DNA of 62,753 bases, the filler included, from Candidatus Woesearchaeota archaeon (lineage in GTDB: Archaea; Nanobdellota; Nanobdellia; Woesearchaeales; BM511): the NCBI GenBank assembly GCA_023266675.1. It is 3 parts of 3 records of this genome, joined end to end, with 100 filler letters (N's around TTAATTAATTAA, not from the genome) between each part and the next. Parts side by side here need not be neighbours in the genome. Positions count along the whole stretch, not along the records: positions 1 to 28,227 come from JAHFPP010000009.1; 2 more parts are not named here. One strand, given 5' to 3'. Shown here in pieces: positions 9,823 to 17,466 of the stretch (position 1 is the stretch's first letter; every line of letters begins with the position of its first letter). Below the pieces are notes generated by a model that saw only the letters and a list, made by a program, of their open reading frames with translations, was not told the DNA's origin and did not search any database. A program made the translations under genes and the position numbers.

Positions 9823-10530
9823 CTATTTGTTTTTTCTACCTGTTCTTCTTGGTCTTATCATACCTACATTTCGTCCTGGTGGGGCGTTATGTGGTGCTGG
9901 TTTTGCTTTTGATTTTCTTGATGTTCTCTTGTTACCGAATGGGTGGTCAACTGCGTTTTGAGCTGAACCAGACATTATTGGCCAGAGTTTATTTTTAGCT
10001 TTCATTTTGTGGAATTTTGTTCCTGCTCTCATGATTGGTTTTTCAAGTCTTCCGCCGCCAGCTACTATTCCTATTGTTGCTTTGCAGTTAGGGTGGAATG
10101 ATTTTTGTTTTTTTGACGGTAGCATGATAACTACTTTGTCAGGTGATCGTGATAATACTCTTGCAGCGACTCCGCCTGCTCTTGCGAATTTTCCGCCGTC
10201 GCCAGGTTGGCTTTCTATGTTAAATACCATTGTTCCTTCAGGTATGCTAGCAAGTGGAAGTGTGTTTTGAAGTGATACTTGTGCGCCAATTCCTACTTGT
10301 ATCTGGTCGCCTACTTTTACGTTTTCAGCTGCTATCATTAGTCCTTTAGAATTATCTTCATATTTTATTTCAAGGAGCGGTGCTGAGTGTCCCTGGCATT
10401 TTACTATGTCTGTTATTACTCCAACAATATTTTTATTTGGTACTTTAGCTTCTCCTTTATACCTGAATGATGGTGCTCGGTATGTTGGGCCGCCTTTTCC
10501 TCTTGCTTGTTGGATTAAATTTTTTCCCAT
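9823..10530 (-). CDS. rpl2: 50S ribosomal protein uL2
   Basis: MGKNLIQQARG, IPEGT, PGDGGK, NAVDHPFG. Confidence 0.98.
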   Translation of the reverse strand: MGKNLIQQARGKGGPTYRAPSFRYKGEAKVPNKNIVGVITDIVKCQGHSAPLLEIKYEDNSKGLMIAAENVKVGDQIQVGIGAQVSLQNTLPLASIPEGTMVFNIESQPGDGGKFARAGGVAARVLSRSPDKVVIMLPSKKQKSFHPNCKATIGIVAGGGRLEKPIMRAGTKFHKMKAKNKLWPIMSGSAQNAVDHPFGNKRTSRKSKAKPAPHNAPPGRNVGMIRPRRTGRKNK

Positions 10531-10542
10531 GTTTATTCACTT

Positions 10543-10797
10543 TTACATTAGTCCTAATTGTGTTGCTACATCTATTGCAGGGGTTTCTTCTGAAAATTTT
10601 ACATAAGCTTTTTTCAGTCCCTGAGGTGTTATTTGAGTGTTTATATTTACGACTTTTACTTTGTATGTTTTTTCTATGTCATCTTTTATTTCTTTTTTTG
10701 AGGCTTTTTTTTCTACTATGAATACAAGTTTGTTTTCTGATTCCATCATCCTTATTGATTTTTCTGTTGATAATGGGTATTTTATTACTTCACTCAT
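10543..10797 (-). CDS. rpl23: 50S ribosomal protein uL23
   Basis: PLSTEK, ENKLVFIV, KKAYVK, ATQLG. Confidence 0.97.
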   Translation of the reverse strand: MSEVIKYPLSTEKSIRMMESENKLVFIVEKKASKKEIKDDIEKTYKVKVVNINTQITPQGLKKAYVKFSEETPAIDVATQLGLM

Positions 10798-11630
10798 TTT
10801 TTCTTAGCCTCAATTTTTAATACGTTATTTGTGAATAATTTTTCGTCATGCATTTTTTTTAGTGATGATTCAGTGTATATTGTTAGTCGTCCAGCGATTG
10901 CTCCTGGCGCTAGTAGTTCTGCGTTGATATTTTTTACTTCAACAATATCTACTCCTGCAATATTTTTTGCTGCTTTCATGAGAGGGCACATTTGTGAGAC
11001 AACTAATAGTGGTCCTTTTCTTTTTTTGTATTTTCTTCCTCTCATTTTTCCTTTTCCGGCACGGATTGTTTTTACGCTTGACCTTTCCATTTCTTCAACA
11101 AGTCCAAGTTTTTGAAATAATGACACCACATCTTTTGTTTTTGAAATATCTTCAGCTTTGTTTTCGATTACTAGAGGGTATTCTGTTACTTTATGCCCTC
11201 GTTTTTCAACTAATTCTTTTATGATGCTTGCTGAGAGAGCTGATCGTATTGCTTTTCTTTTTTCTTTCTTGTTTATTTTTTCGTCTTGAACCTTGTATGG
11301 TTTTGGTGGGTGTGCTTGTCGGCCGCCTCTTGTTCCTGGTGCGAGTGCTCCTACCCAGTTCATTCTTGCGCCGTTTCTTGACATTATCTTTCTTGGAACT
11401 CTTGAGATTCCGTGAGAATATGATCCTTTGTAGTCTCTTCTTCTTCTTGATAGTTTTGATACGCTTTGTTTTCCTGCTTCCTCAAATGCTCCGTATGGCT
11501 GCATGTTGTGGCTTTGGATTGCAAGCACTGCTCTTTTTATCAAGTCTAGTCTTATTTCTTCCTTGAATTGTTCTGGAAACGTTATTTCTTTTCCTTCATT
11601 TCCACTGATTGTTCGTATTTTTGTTTTCAT
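10794..11630 (-). CDS. rpl4: 50S ribosomal protein uL4
   Basis: GGRQAHPP, RAGKGKMRGR, LLAPG..GRLT. Confidence 0.97.
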   Translation of the reverse strand: MKTKIRTISGNEGKEITFPEQFKEEIRLDLIKRAVLAIQSHNMQPYGAFEEAGKQSVSKLSRRRRDYKGSYSHGISRVPRKIMSRNGARMNWVGALAPGTRGGRQAHPPKPYKVQDEKINKKEKRKAIRSALSASIIKELVEKRGHKVTEYPLVIENKAEDISKTKDVVSLFQKLGLVEEMERSSVKTIRAGKGKMRGRKYKKRKGPLLVVSQMCPLMKAAKNIAGVDIVEVKNINAELLAPGAIAGRLTIYTESSLKKMHDEKLFTNNVLKIEAKKK

Positions 11631-11644
11631 TTTAATCGTTTAGT

Positions 11645-12619
11645 TTATCTTCCTTGTTTTGAGTCCAAGCTTGTAGCCTGTAATGCTGGTGCTTCAGTTG
11701 GCACGTTTTTTCTTGGTCTTTTTGATTCTGTGAATATTATCATTCTTTTTGATGGTCCCATTACTGAACCTTTTAATAGAATATATGTGTTGTTTACTAG
11801 GCCGTATTGCTTGAATCCGCCTTTTGCGTTTATTTCTTCAGTTTTATCGGATATTTTTATGATTTGTTTGTTTAGTTCTGTTCTTAAGTGGTATCCCATT
11901 TTTCCTGCGTGGGCGACTCTGTACATTACGTGTCCTTGTCCTCTCCATCCGCCTAAGCTTCCCGGGTTTCTGATTGCTTTTTCTGATTTGTGCGATCTTA
12001 TTGCAATTCCAAATCTTTTTACTGGTCCTTGAAAACCTTTTCCTTTTGTTACGCCGTGAACGTCAACCTGTATTCCTTCTTTGAATACATCCTGTAATTT
12101 TACTTCTTTGCCAAAGTGTTCTTTGGCGTATGCTAGTTTTTGCTCTTTTTTTCCGCCTAAAGTTATTTCAAATATCTCTGGTGATTTTTTCCCTATTGAT
12201 GTTTCTTTAGGATAAGTGTGTACTATTAATTTTAAGTCGTCAAATTCTTCAGGCATTTCCTTGTGTGTTTTTTGAAGTGTTGTTCTTCGTGTTAACTCTT
12301 TATCCAATTTATCTGCGTAAACATCGCATATTACCTGTCTTCCTTCATATGCTATTTTATAGAATCTTATTCCCATTACTTTTATTGGAGGGCACTCGAT
12401 AACTGTTACAGGCCATGATAATTCTGAGCCTTTAGTTGGAGAATTTTTTTTATTGTCAATTAGGCTTACGTGTGTCATTCCTACTTTGTATCCTGGGAAA
12501 GTCACGATTTTAGCGTCTTTTTGCAAAGTCGGAGTCCTAAGTCTTGCATACTCTCGCTTTGCTCTGACTCTAGGCCAGAACTGCATGCTTCCGCTTCTTG
12601 GTACTCTTATGTTTGCCAT
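11645..12619 (-). CDS. rpl3: 50S ribosomal protein uL3
   Basis: PRSGS..WPR.RA, GYKVGMTH, TKGKGFQGPVKRFG, GYHLRTE. Confidence 0.98.
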   Translation of the reverse strand: MANIRVPRSGSMQFWPRVRAKREYARLRTPTLQKDAKIVTFPGYKVGMTHVSLIDNKKNSPTKGSELSWPVTVIECPPIKVMGIRFYKIAYEGRQVICDVYADKLDKELTRRTTLQKTHKEMPEEFDDLKLIVHTYPKETSIGKKSPEIFEITLGGKKEQKLAYAKEHFGKEVKLQDVFKEGIQVDVHGVTKGKGFQGPVKRFGIAIRSHKSEKAIRNPGSLGGWRGQGHVMYRVAHAGKMGYHLRTELNKQIIKISDKTEEINAKGGFKQYGLVNNTYILLKGSVMGPSKRMIIFTESKRPRKNVPTEAPALQATSLDSKQGR

Positions 12620-12765
12620 TTTAGATTGGTATTTCTATTTTTTTTCTGTTAATTGTTTTTTTATGCGCCTATCGATGCAATTTACGTAAGAAACGAGTGT
12701 TCGTTGCTTGTAAACCACTTTTCAGGCAGTGTTGCGTCGATAAAAACCCCTGTTTTTACCACGCC
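12620..12765 (-). promoter_or_regulatory. Structured 5' leader of the rpl3 operon (candidate r-leader), with TATA box TTTTTAAA at about 12790-12797
   Basis: Arms 12732-12742 and 12670-12680 pair (UAUCGACGCAA/UUGCAUCGAUA, one mismatch) and enclose CACU/AGUG, UUUAC/GUAAA and AACGA/UCGUU helices. Confidence 0.55.
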
Positions 12766-12854
12766 AGAACAATAAGGAATTTGAATTGATTTAAAAACCT
12801 AACGGTTTTTGAAATACAATTTTTTATATCAGTTCGTTCAATATATAGGTATCT

Positions 12855-14486
12855 TTATTTCTCTTTGACTTCATTATCTGAATTATTTTCTTTATTCTCG
12901 ACAACAACTTTCTCTTTCTTTTCTTTTTTGGCTCTTTCCTTTGGCTTGTTTTGTTTTATCGCCCACTCTTTTTTCTTTGCGTACTGCGCAGGGTTTTTTA
13001 TTTTCTGACACAAGTTGTCGGAGTCCCTAAAGCATATTCCTAAATCTTTGTAGTACATGTTGTTGTCGCAGTTTGGCGGTGGCGCATTCTTTTTATGCTG
13101 TTTTTGGTAGCGCAAATGTCCAAGTATATATTGTTCTCTTATCGGGTCCTTGTTTTTCTTGTTCCACTCTATTATTCTTTTCTCAATCATTTCAGCGTCC
13201 CATCCTACTGACTGCAAAAAGTTTACAAGCGCGAACATGAATCTTTTTTTGCCGTCTTCCATGCCGCTAAGACCTTTTTTTATGCACGGAGGAAACAGTT
13301 CTTCAGGAATTGCTTTTTCTGGCACTTCAAACTCTTTTTTGTTTTCAAGACGTTTTGACTCTTCCTCATCCATTATATATACTGGGTTGTAATCATATGC
13401 TTTCAAAAACAAATCCCTAGCTTCATTAGGTATACACTGCGTTCTGTCAAGAAACCGGAATTTTGACACTTTAACATTCTCGGATTTAGCGTTTTCTTTT
13501 TCAAACAAATCAATTTTTTGAGGGTTAAAGGGAACCGATACAAGACCAGATTTTTCGTGCATTGAAAATTCCATTCTGTAAAGATGTCGTGATGATATGA
13601 GTATTGTGTCTACGTCAACTATTGACAGCGGATTGAATTTGTAATAGGCATTGTTTGAGCCACAGGAGCATAGTGTTTTTTTGTTTTCAATTTTTTGCAT
13701 GAGTGAATTGCATTTGCCGCATTTTCGCATTTCATCTTCAGTTTCCACGCTTTCCCTGTTTTCGCATCGAGTGCAGATGAAATCGGTTTTTTGCGCCTTT
13801 GCTTTTTCCTTGATTTCTTTCTTGCAATTAAGGCAGATTCTTTTTGTAAGTTCTGTTATGTCTTTTCCTGTCAACTCTTTTATTTTTTGGAGTGAAATCA
13901 CTGTTTTTCCGTCAATTATAATGTTTCCCTGAGTGTCGCAGTAGTTGTTTGCAATGTAGTCCACTATATATAGGGCGACTTTTCGCGCAGCGTCAGGGAA
14001 CAGCTTTTCAATTTCGAGTATTTCTCCTTTGATGTTTATTTTTTTAGGAAATGCTTCAAACGGTACTCCAATATGAAAACCCTTGTTTCCTGAGAATTTT
14101 ATCGATACTGATTTATTGACCCCATTATCATTTAGCGCCTTTACCATAAGCTTTGCTGTTGTTTTTGAGAGCTCCCAGTAAGGACAATCAATATCAAGAA
14201 CCAAGTCCCATCCGCGTCTTAGTTCTTCAAGTTCTCTTCGTGAAAGAGATGGCGAAAGCTGCATTGCATTTATCCATAGCTCTTCTGACGCGTGAAAGCT
14301 TGTTGCTCCCTTTTTTACAAATTCTAAAATGTCAGCTGGCGTACTTATCATATCTGGGCGTTTTCCATAGCCATTGTCGCTGTATCTTATGGCAATTTCT
14401 TTATCTAGTGCTCCGTCGCACATTGCTTGCCTTACATCTTCTCTTTTGTAGTGCAAAAGAAGTGAACTTATGCTTAATTCTCCCAT
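12855..14486 (-). CDS. priSL: Fused DNA primase PriS-PriL (DPANN type) with inserted multi-CxxC region
   Basis: PriS motifs WDLVLDID, FSGNKGFH, RHLYR...HEKS; PriL C-terminal domain FPPCI...PPNC...C...C; start placed at ATG 14486. Confidence 0.92.
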   Translation of the reverse strand: MGELSISSLLLHYKREDVRQAMCDGALDKEIAIRYSDNGYGKRPDMISTPADILEFVKKGATSFHASEELWINAMQLSPSLSRRELEELRRGWDLVLDIDCPYWELSKTTAKLMVKALNDNGVNKSVSIKFSGNKGFHIGVPFEAFPKKINIKGEILEIEKLFPDAARKVALYIVDYIANNYCDTQGNIIIDGKTVISLQKIKELTGKDITELTKRICLNCKKEIKEKAKAQKTDFICTRCENRESVETEDEMRKCGKCNSLMQKIENKKTLCSCGSNNAYYKFNPLSIVDVDTILISSRHLYRMEFSMHEKSGLVSVPFNPQKIDLFEKENAKSENVKVSKFRFLDRTQCIPNEARDLFLKAYDYNPVYIMDEEESKRLENKKEFEVPEKAIPEELFPPCIKKGLSGMEDGKKRFMFALVNFLQSVGWDAEMIEKRIIEWNKKNKDPIREQYILGHLRYQKQHKKNAPPPNCDNNMYYKDLGICFRDSDNLCQKIKNPAQYAKKKEWAIKQNKPKERAKKEKKEKVVVENKENNSDNEVKEK

Positions 14487-14560
14487 AAAAAAAGATTTAT
14501 TGCACATTATTTATATTGTTTGCTTAAAATCAAATAAGATTTATTATTTAACGATTTTAA

Positions 14561-14938
14561 TTATTCTAAATATTCATCTATTGATTTATCCATCAAGAAA
14601 ACTTTTCCTTTTCTTACTTCAATTTTGATTTTTCCTACTTCATGAGCTAATAAACCATCAATTTCTGATAAAGGTCTATCGGAATTTGCAGTGCTTTCTA
14701 TAGTCTTTGTTTTTTTTCTACTTACAGATTCTAATACTTCTTCATAAGCTTCATTATGATTTTTGCATATTTGTCTAATTGTGGATAATGAAAGCTGTTC
14801 ATATGTTTCATCTTGAATAAGATAATATAAAGAAAAAGGATTTGATTGAAGTTTAATCTCTCCCATTACTGGAAGGTCAATTTCAGATTCTTTTCCATCA
14901 AATGTGTATTTTAAACTCATACAACTTAAAATATTCAA
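14561..14938 (-). CDS. Hypothetical protein
   Basis: Approx. 120-aa ORF, very AT-rich, no recognisable motif. Confidence 0.55.
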   Translation of the reverse strand: MNILSCMSLKYTFDGKESEIDLPVMGEIKLQSNPFSLYYLIQDETYEQLSLSTIRQICKNHNEAYEEVLESVSRKKTKTIESTANSDRPLSEIDGLLAHEVGKIKIEVRKGKVFLMDKSIDEYLE

Positions 14939-15103
14939 ACTTTATATAAAATTTTAGTTAGCGACAATAGTTTTGTATAAAAAATCTCGTTAACTAAAGT
15001 TTGAAAGACAAACAATTTAATGTATTATTTTTGTCTTTCATTATTTTATGAAAAAGTTTAAATAGTAATGATGCTAAAAATTCTTTAGCGAGGTGCTAAT
15101 TAT

Positions 15104-15379
15104 ATGAGAAATAATAAAAAAGGCGCAGAATTGTCAATGAATGTCATAATAGTCGCAGCAATAGCTTTAATGGTTCTAGTTGTATTAAGCATAATCTTCA
15201 TGGGAAGAGCAGGAAAATTTGCAACAGAGTCAAATTTATGTTCAAACAATGGGGGAGCTTGTGTAAATACAGGAACTTGTACAGGGGCATATCAGAAAGT
15301 AACAACATCAGGTGTATGCTTGGATGCTGCTAAAAAATTGGATACTACAAAAGAATGTTGTATAACTGTAGCGACATAG
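15104..15379 (+). CDS. Type IV pilin-like protein (class III signal peptide, Cys-rich head)
   Basis: KKG|AELSMNVIIVAAIALMVLVVL; six-Cys C-terminus ending in CC; SD GAGGTG. Confidence 0.85.
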   Translation: MRNNKKGAELSMNVIIVAAIALMVLVVLSIIFMGRAGKFATESNLCSNNGGACVNTGTCTGAYQKVTTSGVCLDAAKKLDTTKECCITVAT

Positions 15380-15385
15380 GTTAAC

Positions 15386-15688
15386 ATGATTTTTAACTTT
15401 AAGCGCGGCTCGGAGATGACGTTAAACGTCATCATCGTTGCAGCTATCGCTTTAATTGTTCTAATTGTTTTAATATTCATATTCTCAGGAAAGATAAAAT
15501 TGTTTGGCCAGGGAACAGAAAGTTGCACTAATCAGGGTGGCCAATGCACGTCACCAAATGTTGCCTACACCGTAGGATGCATAGAGGCAGGCTCATGCAA
15601 ATGCCCAGACACAATACAAAACGCTGTAATGATAAGATCACAGGACTGCGAAAAACAGGCAAGAATTTGCTGCAAATCAGTGTTCTAA
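15386..15688 (+). CDS. Type IV pilin-like protein
   Basis: KRG|SEMTLNVIIVAAIALIVLIVL; eight-Cys head. Confidence 0.85.
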   Translation: MIFNFKRGSEMTLNVIIVAAIALIVLIVLIFIFSGKIKLFGQGTESCTNQGGQCTSPNVAYTVGCIEAGSCKCPDTIQNAVMIRSQDCEKQARICCKSVF

Positions 15689-15689
15689 A

Positions 15690-15992
15690 ATGAATCATAC
15701 AAAAAAAGCCCAGTCAATGTCAATGAATGTGATAATAGTTGCAGTGATAGCACTAATAGTACTAGTTGTTTTACTTTATATATTCGGTGACAAAATTAAT
15801 ATCTTCGGAAAAGGAGTGAGTAATTGTAACGGAAGGTGTTCAAACGGAATAATCTCTGATAGTAATTCTGGTTATGAAATATGTAATAATGAGTTTAGGG
15901 ATCAAGGGTATTCTTTTAATCCTGCAGGTGTATGCGGAACAAAAACACAACCACGTGCATGTTGCGTACAGCCACTTGGTCCGCAAACATAA
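15690..15992 (+). CDS. Type IV pilin-like protein
   Basis: KKA|QSMSMNVIIVAVIALIVLVVL; six-Cys head. Confidence 0.85.
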   Translation: MNHTKKAQSMSMNVIIVAVIALIVLVVLLYIFGDKINIFGKGVSNCNGRCSNGIISDSNSGYEICNNEFRDQGYSFNPAGVCGTKTQPRACCVQPLGPQT

Positions 15993-16032
15993 TAGCAACC
16001 TTTAAATAGATAAAACCTCACTAATTCTTAAT

Positions 16033-16191
16033 ATGTTTTTAGACGTTAAAAACTCAAACAAAAGGGGTAAGAAAGGTCAGTATGCTTTAACGCAAAACCT
16101 TGTAATTATAATCATTATACTTATTCTTGTTGGTATGGCATCATTCATAATCTATAAAGCAGTCAGCGGAAAACTGGCGGTGCATCCATGA
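16033..16191 (+). CDS. 52-aa mini-pilin (not in the ORF track)
   Basis: MFLDVKNSNKRGKKG|QYALTQNLVIIIIILILVGMASFIIYKAVSGKLAVHP*; ATGA overlap with the next gene. Confidence 0.8.
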   Translation: MFLDVKNSNKRGKKGQYALTQNLVIIIIILILVGMASFIIYKAVSGKLAVHP

Positions 16192-17306
16192 GAGGAAGAA
16201 AATCTCAGGTATCAAGCACGCTAGTAATAATGATAGCAGGAATGATAGGTTTACTGGTTCTAATAATAGTTACTGGTGGGTTTGCAAAGGTTTTCAAAAC
16301 AATCACGGGAAAAAGCGACTGCCAGATGCAGTTCTTGATATCAAGCTTCACAAAAACAGGCGGCGCACAGACAATTGAGCCTGAATGCGAACCACATTTG
16401 ATAACAGTTACACAGGACACTCTGGATAAAGGAGCGTCTAATGCAAAAAAAGTGTTAACTGAATACCAGAAAAATTTTGATTCTGGAAAATATAAGGGAA
16501 TAGATTCTGCACAACAATATTGGAATGGAAATTTTCAAGGTTATTCTGATCCAAACACTAAAAAATTAAATGAATGGGTAATGGATAAAACAGTTGCAGA
16601 TGAAATGAAATACTGCTGGGATGTAACAGGACGAGGAAATTTGGATTTGTTTAATGATTGGTGGACTTTACTTGATTGTAGAATAGATGGATGTACAAAT
16701 GTTGATGATTCAAAATGTTTTCAGAAATGTACAAAAGAACAAATATATGGAATGTATGGTTTAAATTCAGATGGACAAGCATTAACTGCACTAGGTGCTG
16801 CTGGAATAATTTGGGAATTAACGGGTATTAAAGGTAAAACAATGGTAGCAACAGTGACAGGTTTGCCACTTCTTTATAAAACCGCAACAGGTCAAATGCA
16901 AATTGCACAACCGCCAACTTTTTGTGTTCTTTGTTCAAGAATAAAATTTGATGAAACAGCTAAAACTTCAATAAAAAACCCTTCAGTAACATCGATGAGT
17001 TTATGGCTTGCAAATAATCCGGTAACTGATGTAGGGGACTATTCAAAAGTATCTTACGCTTCATATCTCCAAAATGATGCATATAAAGGTTTATGGGCAT
17101 CTAAAGATTCATATTCTTATGATACAAACCAAGCTTACGCAGTCTTGTATACTCGAATTAACGTTATGAAATCTAAACAATTACTTGGAGATATAGGAAC
17201 TCTTGTAGCAGGTACTAATCCAAACGATTTACCTCAAGCTGTTCAAATGATAAAATTGGTACCTTACCAAAATATTAAAAATGAATGTACTTATTTGGTT
17301 GGTTGA
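16188..17306 (+). CDS. Class III signal-peptide protein (minor pilin/adhesin-like, Cys-rich)
   Basis: RKS|QVSSTLVIMIAGMIGLLVLIIV; ADEMKYCW, CVLCSRI; internal hydrophobic segment. Confidence 0.8.
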   Translation: MRGRKSQVSSTLVIMIAGMIGLLVLIIVTGGFAKVFKTITGKSDCQMQFLISSFTKTGGAQTIEPECEPHLITVTQDTLDKGASNAKKVLTEYQKNFDSGKYKGIDSAQQYWNGNFQGYSDPNTKKLNEWVMDKTVADEMKYCWDVTGRGNLDLFNDWWTLLDCRIDGCTNVDDSKCFQKCTKEQIYGMYGLNSDGQALTALGAAGIIWELTGIKGKTMVATVTGLPLLYKTATGQMQIAQPPTFCVLCSRIKFDETAKTSIKNPSVTSMSLWLANNPVTDVGDYSKVSYASYLQNDAYKGLWASKDSYSYDTNQAYAVLYTRINVMKSKQLLGDIGTLVAGTNPNDLPQAVQMIKLVPYQNIKNECTYLVG

Positions 17307-17310
17307 TAAA

Positions 17311-17463
17311 ATGAGGAAAAATAAAAACGCAGAGATTGGTTGGAGTTTTGTAGTAAAATTAATTCTTGGATTAATGATATTATTGGCTTTGATATTTGTA
17401 GCAGTGAATGCAAAATCAGGATTTTCAAACATGTTTAGTAAATTAGGAAGCTTATTTGGGTAA
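17311..17463 (+). CDS. 50-aa mini-pilin
   Basis: MRKNKNA|EIGWSFVVKLILGLMILLALIFVAV; start moved to ATG 17311. Confidence 0.75.
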   Translation: MRKNKNAEIGWSFVVKLILGLMILLALIFVAVNAKSGFSNMFSKLGSLFG

Positions 17464-17466
17464 GAA

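Noticed and set aside
577..14488. Numerous plus-strand ORFs over the r-protein operon and primase
   Set aside because: Phe/Leu-rich antisense shadows of Lys/Glu-rich genes
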